From positions 31,002,001 through 31,066,000 of the forward strand of contig NC_045697.1 of the NCBI RefSeq assembly GCF_009834535.1: a DNA stretch of 64,000 nucleotides, given 5' to 3'. Under the pieces are notes generated by a model. The model did no database searches. It saw only the letters and a list, made by a program, of their open reading frames with translations, and was not told the origin of the DNA. Each line of letters opens with the position of its first letter. The stretch's first letter is position 1. This document shows positions 13,340-25,790 of the stretch, in pieces. Origin of the DNA: Camelus ferus (taxonomy: Eukaryota). Position numbers and translations under genes: made by a program.

Positions 13340-14290
13340 GTTTACTAGTGTGCCAGTCAGTACTTTGTCATGTCAGGCATAGTTATATAAGAAGCTGACA
13401 GCAGGGGCAATATGGGTGGTGGAATAATAATACTGCTCCTGTGGGGTCACTGGGCTTGGAACGGCAAGATGTAGATCCGCCTTCCATCTCTCTCTGTGAT
13501 TCCAGCACCACCTCCCCCAGGCTCCAGCACTGGCCTCTGACACCCAAGTTCCTGATTCCTGTAACAGTGCCTCTTTCGGATCTCCCAGACATAGGGGTGG
13601 TAGTTGCTTCCTCTGTCTGGTTTTTAAACATGTCCACCAATTCTCTGACTTCCTCGCACTAAGAGATGGGGCCTATGTCTTCCCCCTTTATCTCTAGACC
13701 AAATTTGCTGCCTAACCAACAAGCAGAATATGGCAGAAGTGACACTAAATGATGTTTGAGGGTCAATCATAAAAGGGGATGGATTTTCTGAACTTTCTCT
13801 TGGATTCCTTGCCTTTGAAGCCTGAGTCATTAAGTAGAAGTCTGAGACTGTCATTTAAGGAAGGCCAGGCCACACGGAGAAGCTCTGTGTGGGTGTTCTG
13901 GCCAGTAATCCCTGCTAAGGTCCCAGCCAATAGCCAGCATTAACTATCACACACGTGAGCGAGTACGATTTCAGGATGACTCCAATCTCCGTCACCATCT
14001 GACTACAACTGCACAAGGGAATCCAAGTGAGAGTCACCTAACGGCGCCCACCCACATCCCAGGACTGCGAAAGATCATGATAAAAAGTGATTGTTTCGAG
14101 CCACTGAAGTTTGAGGTATGCAAAAATAGAGAAATGGAACATTCAGTTACTCATTTCTGAGTTACCTCATCGCCCCTGGTTTCTCTCTTACCTCATCTGA
14201 CATCCATGTAACCAATCCCCTCAATTAAATTTCCTTACTTTGAAAAACCTAGAATTGTGTCTGTTTTCCTGACTAGAACCTTATGGATAA
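13340..14290 (+). mobile_element. ERVL-type LTR (LTR16/33-like) interrupted by an MLT1 LTR
   Basis: 3' end ATTAAATTTCCTT..TTGAAAAACCTAGAATTGTGTCTGTTTTCCTGACT is typical of old ERVL LTRs. The 5' part lies upstream of 13610. Confidence 0.5.
13612..14141 (+). mobile_element. MaLR solo LTR (MLT1G/H-like)
   Basis: AGAATATGGCAGAAGTGACAC...AGGTCCCAGCCAATAGCCAGCATTAAC...GAGCCACTGAAGTTTGAGG...GGAACA. Confidence 0.8.
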
Positions 14291-17200
14291 CCCTCCCAGG
14301 AAGGGCCTACACAAAACAGCCAGGAAAGGTTGAAAAAAAAAAAATCTAGATCATGTGTTGATCCTTTTTAGTTACATAGCTTATGATGTTTATTATCAGT
14401 GAACTGGTTTTATAAAACTAGCATCCTAATATGTTTCTATTCTTTCAGAAACTATAAATGTAACCTTTTGAGAATGTGTAGAAAACTGTGCTACATTTGA
14501 ATAAGTAGAAGACAAGAATTTAAGAATTTGTTACCTAAAGTTCTTAAAAAAATTAATGTGATTCCTGAGTGATACCCTTTTTTCTCCACTACAGCAAACT
14601 GCCTTTTGTTTTTGTGCCAACCGACAAGAAGGGAGAGAGGTTTAAAAACACACCTTTATTTTTATTTTACTATCTCTTCCTTAGGAAAGTTACAGTCTGT
14701 GTAATACGAGGAAGTATAGTGGAGACGATCCTGGCACAAAGTGGCTTTCAGTACTTAAAACTGGTGTTGCCTGTGAGCTGCAGCGTCGGTGGGAAGATGC
14801 CTGCTGCTCCCAAAGCCGTCCTGCATTTTGGGTGCTTAAGTCTAGGAGGCAGTAATTCCAAAGTGAACTGCACGGGACTGTTCCTCTCAGGGTGTCAGGC
14901 TCTGCTGGGTACCACAGGGAGTAATAACAAAGTGAACTACAGGGAGTTCACATTTTACAGACTTGGAGCCTGTGAGTCCTGAGCTGTTCGGAGTCTAGGA
15001 AGCTACTTGGGTCCCTATTCCACGGAGAAGGCAACTTCCCAGAGCAGGCTTTGCCAGTTTCAGAGCTGTTCTTGTATGTATGGACAGCGAGCCTGCTTCC
15101 GTAGCTGGTACCTAGTACCACAATATTAGTTCAGCTCACGTGTATTTCCCTTTATCATCAATTTATTTGTCTCCTCTGATGTCATTCTGCATGTTACACA
15201 TGGCCTGGGTCAGCCTCGGTTTTCTCTAGCTTGGCTTTGGGAACTGAGGTCTCATTTTCTGACACAGTAGAGACTCAGGTAGGAGACTATAGTTGGTCAA
15301 GCAGTAGAAGACAAGTTTTGGTGCCTAAAGCCACAAAACCGGCACTAGCCCCCCACTGGGCACTGGCCTGCAGCCTCACCTCATATTGTTGGCCCCTCCA
15401 TGCAGCTGGGTTTCCACCTGTCTCTACTCCACTGCCTCAGGTCCTGCTGGTGCTGGACCTGAGTCCTGAACCCTTACCTACTCCGATGGGTCTCTGCCCA
15501 CTTCCGGACTAGCTCTTTTGCGAGCACCCTCTTAACCATCCGTGGCCGAAAACTGTCTCGTGTTTACTTGATGGAGGCACGTGATGGAGTCTGTTCCCAG
15601 AGAAGGATGACTCTGAGCCCTGACCCAGTCCCCTTCCCCACCTCACCTTAGCCTTGCTCTGAAAATGACCCCTACCTGGTCTCTGCTGCGCCACCCCTCA
15701 GTGAACACAGGCACTCATCCGAATGGAAGGTGGGTTTGCCACACTCTTTTGGAGATTGATGACTCCTCTTGGTCTGTTCTGTCCAACCCTAGTGCTGTCC
15801 ATTCCTGGCTGCTTCTCTTCTCACGCCCTCTCTGTCCTCTCCTCAGCAGGTCCATCGTTTGAGCCTGCCTGAATTGTGACACTCGTCTTCAGTCTGAACT
15901 GTTTCCTTGGCTTCCATCAGCCTTCACTTTCCTTCTTGTCATTCCAAATAAAAGCACCTAAAAAGCTGGGCACTGAAATTTTAGAGGGGAGGAAGATAAG
16001 TGCCGAGGTAAACTTGTAAAGCCAGAGGCTGTGGAGCCCAACAGGTGTGGAATAGAAGGGAAAATAATGGAGAAGCAGGTGAGCAGCCCTTATCAGGAGA
16101 GACTAACAGGAAAGGGGATCCCAAACAATTACTTATAGCCTCAGGCGACCGTATATTTAACAACGTACCGATCACAGCAATAAAGAAAGTGAACTGAAAA
16201 CTCAACCCAAGAATGTGCGTATGATCTCTTAGGCATTATTGAGACCTGGTAGCATGGAACAGTGGTCATGGAACAATGTCTCCACTGGAAGCCGGTCTTA
16301 CTTTGGGTGATGTCCCTAACTATCCATGTGACCACCCTGATTCGCTCCTTTGAAAACTGATGAAATTGATGAAGCTGAATTTTATCTCTAAGTTTCTTTC
16401 TAGTTCTTACATTCCATGAGCATTGCCCATGGTCCACGCTCACATGTGGGTCTGCACAGTACGGGTTCAGCCAACGGCTGTTTTCAGGTTCTTTAAAGAG
16501 ATAGACGTGTCCCAGAAATGGGGGAAAAATTTAGTTGTTGGGAGATGATGGTGTATGAAACCGGCTATGCTTGTTGTAAACCATGAGTCATTGTTGTGTA
16601 GTATTTAATTTCTAGTTTTAGAAAAAATCACATTTTGACATCCAGCTCATGAAAGATCTACCACTATTTAAGTGTGTTTGTACTGCCGGCTACCCTCTGG
16701 GGACTTTTTTCCCCCTACTTGATGCTTCCAAAAGGGTCTTAGAAGGTATTTGAGTGAAACCTGTCTACTGTGAAGAGGGTTTGGGGAGCACAGGTCATAG
16801 AATAAAAAAGCTTTAAGGATAAGAAACTTTTTGCATTTTCTGCACGTGGAATCAGGAACCCAATTTCAGCCAGAAATATGAGAGAAAGGAGCATCAATAA
16901 GCCTGTCTTTCTGTTCTGGTACCATGCTGTCTATAATCCGGAATGCTAGTGTGGTTTGGGACAAACTGAAGAGAAATGAGTTCAATGGTTTGTAGGAAGG
17001 AAATTCCTCCCCCTGGGGGGCCTTCTGGAAATCATGGGAGAATGTCTTTTGGTTGTTAAATACTTGGGGAGGGTTCTCCACTGTCATTTAATAAAATTGG
17101 ATCCAGGGATTCTAGTCATTTTGCCAAGTGTGGGAGATCCCAGCACAACAAATGTACACATATGCTGTACACATTTCATATTATCTTAGCCTGGAAATGA

Positions 17201-17689
17201 ACTCCAGCTGGCATCTGAACACAGGTGCTTTCTGGGCAGTTTTAATATGCAGTTTATTTTCCAGAAAATGCAGGCTGATGTGTAAGTTGAGAGGCGTATA
17301 GTATTTTGCTTTGTTTGGAAATTCCTCAGAAGTTATTCATCATTTTAGAAAGTGATGTCACTGTGTTGGTTGTGCATTTGAGTGGTTAACAGGACCCCCT
17401 GCCAGTTTGCATATGTGCCTGTCATCCCAGGGATGGATGCTTCTGTGTGCTGGTGCAGGCATCAGACCACTTCAATACATCTTCTACTATGTCAGGGCCA
17501 AGGGCTTACATAATGAAGTATGTGTGGTTTCTCATCAGTTAATATCCTTGTATTTCTTCTTCATGCTAAAGCCAGGATGTTATACTGAGTGTTTGTGTGA
17601 AGGTAGGTCACATAGTTCCAAAAGCCATTTTATGTATCTCTTAGCCAGAAGCATTTTCAGTCTTCTCCAGGTTTTAGAAGGCCAATGAG

Positions 17690-17925
17690 GTACATGCACC
17701 TGGTATAATGTAACACCCATAATGGGATATAGGTGAGCCCCTGTAACTAAAAACATTGGTTTTATTGTAGCAAATCTTCATAATAGGTGGGGTAAATAGA
17801 GTAAGTTACTCTCATCAGTGCAGATCAGGGGATGCAGCCATGTGAGGTTAGGTGCCAAAATTTGGTAAAACTTTTCATATTTCAGAGCTCATTGGGCTTT
17901 AGAATTTGGAGAAGAAACTGTGGAA
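17690..17925 (-). mobile_element. TcMar-Tigger MITE (MER46C-like)
   Basis: End TTTCAGAGCTC..TTTAGAATTTGGAGAAGAAACTGTGGA resembles the MER46C terminus. Confidence 0.45.
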
Positions 17926-19834
17926 TGAATATATTATTTCTGTGTAGATGGATTACAGTGCTATGCATGTCACTCCAGGAGAGTAAGGAGGGTATTAAGA
18001 TACTTGGTACAAAAGGAGGTTTGAGGTATGACGCAGGCAGGGATCACTGATGGAGCTGAGGAGACTCGGCTTCTAAATAACCATGTGCAGTGAATCATTG
18101 CCTGAGTTACGGCCTAGACTTGATTCTGAAATGGGTCCCTGAGGCTCAAGCCCATTCATAAAATATTGAAATGTACAAGCCAGGTTATTTATCTTTATCC
18201 GCTTTTACAACAAGGGATTGCGCTCAGGGCCACTGGTGCTTTGTTGATGTGAGGATGTTATTTACTCCTCTGAAAAATGAAACATAAAGCAATCGCTGAA
18301 AAAGCCAGATGATCTCTCCAGGTTGTTAAAAAGAGGTTTTGTCCTTTTCCAGTTCCCTTAAAAGCACAGCTGTGCCTTCTAAAATTGGAGCTCATTCATG
18401 TGCTCACCAGGTGCCAGGGCATAAAAATCAAAAGTGGAGAAAGCTGATACAAGATATTTCAAAAATAGAAACAGGAAATGAGAATAGGTAAAGAGGTAAA
18501 GGAAAAGAAAGTAAATGACAAGGTAGGAAGGAAAGAAAAAAAAATAGCTGTATGAAAACCCTTTAATGGGATAAAGTATGCATAAAATTTTATTAAATAG
18601 AGTGAATTTATTGGATAAGAAATGATCATTAATTCACCTCATTGTTTTAGTTAGGTTGGGTGCTTGGGTTCATCCATTCAAGTTCTCTGGATGATATTTT
18701 TACATTTGAAAACACAGGATCCAAAGGCAGTTAGTAGAGAAGCTTGAAAGAAACCCAGACTTGCCAATTCTGAGTGCAGTGTCTTTTCACACTAGAACTT
18801 GGGCTTAAGTGAAGACTCTTGAGAATGAGGAGAAAGGAGGTGTGTTTCGAAAGGAACACAAGCAGTGCTTGTAGAGAGAGACAAAGTCGAGGGAGGTGTT
18901 GAGAAGAGCAGAAATCTGCTACAAAGAGGAGTGCTATTGGCAGAAGTGGAGATGATTAGAAAGAGGAGGACAAGGAATCATGAAGTTCTATTTTAGATAT
19001 TTTACACTTAGGTAACAGCATCCCATCTTGCTGAAAGTGTCTAGTGGGCATGTAGAAATAAAGTCATCAAGTGGTTTTAAACTATCAGCGTATTTTCATT
19101 CAACTGCTCCATTTTCCTACAGCTAGTCAATGTACAAATCAGCTCTGGAGAGTTAAAGATTTTTGTATGTGGAATCTGGGGTTCCAGGGAAGTGAGCTCC
19201 CGAGAGCTTTTGCCTGGACGGTGTTTTGTAGTAATAAGAAGGAGCAATTCTGGCAAATTTCCCCAGTGACTCGGGGTTGTTGGTTGTAAGCAACAGAAAG
19301 CTACTCAAACCAGGTCAAATAAACAGGTGGCTCACCTAGAGCTGTACGTGGAAGGACATTACGCCAGGCCTGGTGGGGAGGCAAGAGCTGGACATCCCCA
19401 GGAATCAACAGGGCTGACTTCTCCACCTTGTTCTCTGCCAGAAGCTCCTAGAACTGCTGTGTTCTCACTCCAAGGAATCTGATTATCTGACTGTGCCAGC
19501 CCAGGGACAGGGTTGTCTGACTGCCCACTCGGTAGAGCTGCTGGAACAGACACTCTGTGTAGAGGCATGGCCAAGACAGAATGAAAATATGCCTGCTAAG
19601 TGCCGCTGGCTAACTTCTCCACTGTGTCTGTGGAAGGCAATGGGTCCTGGGGAGGCTGGTGGAAATACAGCAGGATGACCAATTTGTGAAACATACTGCT
19701 TTGTTAGAATGCTGAAGCATTTTAAGGAAAGACTGGGTACGGACTTAGTTGATTAACTTTATTAGTATTTCACCAGGTAATTGAACTAAAAATTAATATT
19801 TAGAAGGAAAAAAGCCTCTATTTCTTAATTTTTA

Positions 19835-20045
19835 AATTCATTCAACAGACGTTTTTGGAATAACTTCCAAGTACTTTCCGGGCATTGTTCTAGGTGATAA
19901 GATATAGCATGTATCAAAATTGTTTACGTTTTTGCTCTAGAGCAGCTTACATGGGGCCATGAGAGACAAATCATTGTAAAACATGAAGAATAATAAGGCA
20001 GGTTAAGGGAGATAGTAATAGGTTTTATCTAAGTTGTCAGAGAAG
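19835..20045 (-). mobile_element. L2 3' end fragment
   Basis: ATTCATTCAACAGACGTTTTTG...GGCATTGTTCTAGGTG is the antisense L2 tail pattern. Confidence 0.6.
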
Positions 20046-20149
20046 GGTGACTGTATAGTGTGTTGTCCAATGGAGATTCTTTGAGTACAAAAAAAAGTGC
20101 CACTTAGTAATCCTGGGATAACAACCTGGAATGGCAGCTTGGTCACCCT
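20044..20149. mobile_element. hAT-Blackjack MITE (MER81/MER94-like)
   Basis: Terminal inverted repeats AGGGTGAC...GTCACCCT, ~106 bp long. Confidence 0.65.
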
Positions 20150-22429
20150 GCTGATAGTGTGACACCAAGAGACATGGAGGAGCGGGTGATGTGATGTTTA
20201 AGGGAAGGTGGTCCAGGAAGAGGGAATGCTTGAACCACTCTGTAGACTTGGGTCACTGGGCATTTATAATTTTAGAATTTTTAAAGCTAGGAGAGGAGAG
20301 GAGTCCACCATGGCATTGCCTGCCCCAGGAGTGATACCTCAAGGACCAGCTGTGTGAGGACTGGCTGACCTGTCCCGTCGGAGCCTGACTGTTGATACGG
20401 GTGACTGTCCGTGTCAGCGCAGAAGCACTGCTGGGGAGCAGGCAGCCCTTTCCACACCGCGGTCACAGAAAGATGGCTTTATGGTGAGGGTGCTTTGTGA
20501 AAGGCTGGACTCAATCTGTGGCTCTATTTTGAGAAGACTTTTCTGTCTGGAGACTTGGCTGGACCAAACCCGGATGGCTGCTGTAGGACAAACTGTCACC
20601 TGTCTTTCTGGGTGTGCCCTGCACCTCACACGTGAGCCTCTGCTTCTAGGTGTCCTCGGAGAGCTTGGGCTGCCCACCCTGCTGCTGTCGGCTGTCACAG
20701 TGCCGCTCCCCGAGCACCCTGCAGCTGCCGTCCTGGGGCCACCTGCTCACCACGTGCCCTGCCAAGCTCAGTAAGATCATAATCTGTCAGAGAATTATAC
20801 TCCGGGGTTTGTGAGCCAGGGCGCCTAGCAGCCTGGGGAGGTTGGGCGACTTCTGCTGTGTTAGCTCCTCTTCCTCCTCATTGTCCTAAAGTACCTTTGG
20901 AAAGAAAGCTATTGCGCTGGATGACAGCACATTGAGATTAATAGCTATACTCATTGAGGTCAGATACCGAAAAACACTGTTTTAAAACCTCAGATCTTCA
21001 CTCACCTCTGAGACAGGTATAATACTATTAGGTTTATCCGTATGAAGTTACTCGTACTCCATCATTTTGACCTACAGAAATGATCATTTCATACAGTTAG
21101 ACTTGAGATTTTGCAGGCAAAGAAGGGGAAACTCAGGGAAGTTAAATTTTTTTTTCACCAGAGTCACACACCTTGACTCAGAGCTAACATTTGAACGCCA
21201 GGCAGTTGGCCTCTGGGTCACTGGTCCTTCCCCTGGGCCTGCCTGATTGCTGGGTCTGGTAAAAGGTAGGCTGATTGGTTCTTTCCTTGGAGCACTTTCG
21301 GGCTAGAGCATACAGCTGTAGAGGGATTTGTAGAGCCTGCAAAATTGACTTGTTCTGCACAGCACTGACCCAGAGCTGGGACATTTGGACCTGAGGGTGA
21401 CACCCTGGAACCTAAGCTCATGAATGCTACGGCCCTGTGAGGTTAGAAATTGGAAAGGGAATTGGGCAATTGGGCAAAACAGTCAACTCAGAGGGAGTCT
21501 GGCTGAGAGGCCCTGCTAGGACATTGCTGTGGTCCTGTTGTGAAGCAGGAGCCTGTGGGAAGCTGAAAGTTTGCAAGTGGGGCTTCCTCAAGTACCAAGT
21601 CCATCAAGAGATGAGATGCCTGGAGGCAAAAAGGCTGGGAAACTGCATTCTCCTGCAATTGAACTAGAAGCAGTAACAGGAATGAGACCAGGAGCGAAGG
21701 ACTCTCTCTCTGTCTCTCTGTCCTGCCCCCACCCTGACCCCAAAACTCTGCTTTTGTGTTCCTCTGGATATCTGTATCTCCTTTTTCCCTACCTTTACAA
21801 ACGGCTTTCTCAGTTTCTCCATGCATATGGCAAAAAGTGATCACCCCAAGAATGCCCCTAAATTCCAGTGACCACAAATACTGGTGAAAAACACTGTTAT
21901 CTAGTTAGAAATTCCCCAGAGAGAGAAACCGACTGATTATGCTTGGGCCAGAGGTCCCCTGAGGCCAGGGGTGGGTTCCATGCACTCTCTCTAAGGAAGG
22001 GACATAGTGCAGCAGGCAAATCGACATGTTTGTTTCAGTTGGCATTAAACCACATTGAGAAGCTAGCTAGATGTTTGTTTTTATGCTTTTTTTTTTTTTC
22101 TATTCTGGTGTGTCTGTGCTCACTCAGGAATCCTCACAGCTTACCCTAATATCGCGGTCTGCTGTCTCTTGTCCCAAGCTGCCCCATGCCTCAGGAGGCT
22201 GTGATGTCCTGTTTCCATGCTCCTCTGGGTTTACTTTGAAAACTCCCGGTAAAAAAAATAAGTCCAATAAATGAGGGTATTGGTTCTAGAATAAGAGCTG
22301 TTCTGATCTTAGGTAACGTGAGAAGGAGTGGCTTTAATCTGTAGAAATTTTTTAAAGGTTGTGAGCATATAAATATTAAGAATAACCCCTTAAGACTTGT
22401 CAGAAAATAAACATTTAGAGAGATATCAT

Positions 22430-22540
22430 AAAGTCAGTCATCCCTTTTAGTCTAGAACTGTCCTTGTTTTAGCACTGAAAGTCGCTGGTCCTAGAAAACC
22501 CATCTTTCTCCCAGGCAAACCAGAACTATTTGTCACCCTA
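22430..22540. mobile_element. MER81-like hAT MITE
   Basis: CTGTCCTTGTTTTAGCACTGAAAGTC...GGCAAACCAGAAC..GTCACCCTA. Confidence 0.7.
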
Positions 22541-22797
22541 GAAGTCCAGTGAATGCCTTGTTTACTTCTCTAGAGTAGTGTTCAAGGGTAAAGGAGCTTA
22601 GTTTCCATCTCCTTCTCATAAAGTGGTTGGGTTAATCCACACTGTTTACTTAGACTAGCTAAAAAAGTGTGTGTTTCTTTGAACCAAGATTCAATAAGCA
22701 CCTAAGCTTGGCAGGTGTGGATTTAGTCCATAATGAATGGGTATAAGGAATATTCTATACAAATATAACAAATATTCTGCTTTGGTTTTTCTAAAAC

Positions 22798-22961
22798 GAG
22801 CACTTCTCAAACTTAGATGTGCACAGGAATCCCCTGGGGATCTTGTCAAAAGGCAGGTTCTGATTCAGTAGCTCTGGGTGGGGTCTGAGGGTCTGCATTT
22901 CTAACAGGCTCTCCAGCCATGTGATACTAACGCTCTGAGGACCACACATTGACTAGAAAGA
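22798..22961. mobile_element. MER5A (hAT-Charlie)
   Basis: CTTCTCAAACTT...CTGATTCAGTAG.TCTGGGTGGGG..TGCATTTCTAACAGGCTC...GGACCACAC, flanked by a TTCTAAAA/TTCTAAAT 8-bp TSD-like pair. Confidence 0.85.
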
Positions 22962-25029
22962 TTCTAAATCACAAAATCTATTGCTCAGGACCCCCACTCT
23001 TGGGTAGACAAAACTTCAATTGGAGGATTATTTCAGGGTACACCCCTCTAATATTATATAAGAATTACGAGGGCTCATTTGGTGATTGGAAAAATCACCA
23101 AATGAAAAAGATAAACTTTGCTTACAGTTTCCCAAAGCAGTGAGGACAACAGAGAAATTGATGTCTTTACAAATTTTCCTGCAACACAAATATATCTTTT
23201 GGGCATCAAATTTTAAAGTTGTGTACTCGTTTTAATTTTTAAAGCTCCAATTTGCTCCGCTGTGCGTATAGAACTGGCTGTGCTTCGGTTAATAGATGTC
23301 TGAGTTTGCGAATAATTACTGATGGAATATCTGACCACTTTAGCTGCCAACATCATCACCTGATTGAAATTACAGTTTTCTCTCGCTCGGAAGCTATTCG
23401 GGTGATCGTTTTGCAAAATCAGCTTCTTCAGATCCCATCCCTTTGACCTGATGTTTTAAGACACAGCAGGTGAGAGCCAGAAACTATAGCACCAAACCAA
23501 TGCAGAATCTTCCTCTTCTAGCTTTATGATGAGTTGAGTGCCATCTGGACAGCTTGGAAGGAAATGCTTCTCAAGATTTTAGTCTCAACTCTCCTTGGTC
23601 ATCTTTTAGATGACAGAACATCCCTTGCTGATCTTCGCATATTTCTGATAGGAGTAAGAAACCCGACGAAGGCATAAACACAGAAATGCGAGTCCATCTT
23701 TGGTGCCCCCTCGCTGACACTCCTTTGGAGTGCATGTGGTGGGCTGGCCGAGCCTGGGCGGACTTTGATCTGTCTTGAACAGATGCCTGTAACAAAAAGT
23801 TAGCTGGGCTTTAGGGATGGCTAACGTCTCCCAGGCTGCAGAGTGTTATTAAGGCTTGATTGCAATCTCCTGACATGATGACACCGAACTGAAGAACAGG
23901 GGCTGCCTGCTTGGCAGCTCTGAAGGCCATTGGAAAGCTCGGAGAAGGCACAGGCACTAAGGAAGAAAGAACACTGACAGAAGCTGGGCAGGCAGACAGG
24001 GCTATTTAATTCAGAGGGTGGGTGTTAATTAATTTATTTGGGGTGACGGGTATATGATCTCTAAGCCAGACTACAAGCTGTTGCCACTCTAGCTGGGGAC
24101 AATGTCCTAGTCTCAACAGGGATATCATCCATCGTCTGGGTGGCCGACCTCATACTGTATCCATCTTACATTATGCAGACTCACCACGCCGTGTCTGCTG
24201 GATGCCAGCAACTTGTTTTCTTACCCTTCAATGTTACTCTCATTGTCTGTGCTTGTCTCTGCTTCTAATTTCTGTGAGAATTCCCTTGGAGCCCCAAAAT
24301 GATCTGTGTCAGGCGGACAGAAGGAACCCAGGAGTGAGCTGAAAGTTATCACTCCTTCTAGAATGGTGTAATTTTCAATATATGAAGTTTTGGTTTCCTG
24401 TGCTTTTTAAGATGGGTCAGATGTTCTCCCCCTGCCAAAAAAAGAAAAAAGGCTAATCATTAAAATTCTCTAAAGCAATTGTCAGGCCCAGGGTGTCCTG
24501 ATTTCCTGTCTGGTCTTTGCTGTCTCGCTACCAGGAATTATTTTCTCTCAATCCCATTGTTTCATACAACAAAGGGCCTGTCTGATGATGTCCTCCCACC
24601 TGCAGCTCTGTGGAGGCATTTATTATAGTAATTAATTTTTCAAGGCAAAAAAAAAATGGCATAAGGTATTAAGAAGTGGAAACAAATGAGTGAAAGTTTG
24701 GGGGGTAATTTTAAAAAGTATTTTGATGTAGTGAAGAGAGCACTGGATTTGGGCACAGAAGATCTGGTTTAAGCAAATCACTTAAAAATACATGGAGTCC
24801 TCTATGTGTCTGTCAAAATTCCTCAATCTGTAGCATTAAAAGGGTGACATTTATTCTATGTAAGTTACACCTGTGTAAATGTAACTTGTAAAACCTGAGG
24901 AATAACTATGCTTTATTTATTAAGGATGAAGATAACACGTGTGCATCTGAAAATATAGAAAAGCACACACACACGTGCAGATACTCGCCATAATATGTCA
25001 ACTACGAGATGATCACATATCTATTTTCT

Positions 25030-25610
25030 GATGACGGGGGGTGAATTAATCCCATCCTGCTGTTCACTGTTCTCTGTCACCCCTGGTCCATGCAAAGCCT
25101 CTCAGTTCACCTTCATCCTCTGCTTCCGCTCCTGTTTCCCTCCTCTATCTTATGTGCACTTAAAGACTATACTTCAGTGTATATTACCCTTATAAAATAT
25201 GTACTGTTGTTTGTGCATTCATTTTAAAAAATTCTGTTTACATATGTTATTGTCCATAGAACCCATTCTATTTCTGAATGATTTTATCCAGTACTAATAC
25301 TATGTATTAAAGGTATATTGAGATTATGTGTAAATGTAGCTCATTGATCCCAGTTCTTATTTAACATTTCCAGGGCTATTGTTTCCAGTGTCCCACAACC
25401 CCACGCAATGTTGAAATGAACCTCCTTATACACGTCCCCTCATGGGTCTGTGAGGTCACGTCTCTAGGTTGTATATCTGTAAGTGGATTGGCTGGGTCAT
25501 AGGATCCCAAATGCTTGCATCAGTGTATATACACCCACCAGTAATTTTAGGAGGCTCTCAATTTTCCACATATCCTTCAACATTTATGTATTTAATTAGC
25601 TTCTGTCTAT
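25030..25610 (-). mobile_element. Old L1ME-like 3' fragment
   Basis: TTGTTTCCAG...TGAACCTCCTTATACAC...GCTGGGTCATAGG...CACCCACCAGTAAT...TCCACATATCCTT. Confidence 0.6.
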
Positions 25611-25661
25611 AATTTTTAATAGAAAATTTCTTGTCATAAAATTTACTTTTAAAAGTATTCT

Positions 25662-25790
25662 ACAGGGGGAGGTATAGCTCAGTGGTAGAGTGCATGCCTA
25701 GCATGCATGAGGTCCTGGGTTCAATCCCTGGTACCTCCATTAAGTAAATAAATAAATAAAACTTATCACCTCCCATTCCCCCCAAAAAGT
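25662..25790 (+). mobile_element. Vic-1-type SINE
   Basis: GGGGGAGGTATAGCTCAGTGGTAGAGTGCATGCCTAGCATGCATGAGGTCCTGGGTTCAATCCC. Perfect TSD AAAAGTATTCT (25651-25661, 25791-25801) at a TTTT|AAAA L1 endonuclease site. Confidence 0.95.

Noticed and set aside
25665..25740. tRNA-like sequences (also 6641-6718 and 58320-58393)
   Set aside because: They have A-rich tails and TSDs, so they are tRNA-derived SINEs rather than tRNA genes.
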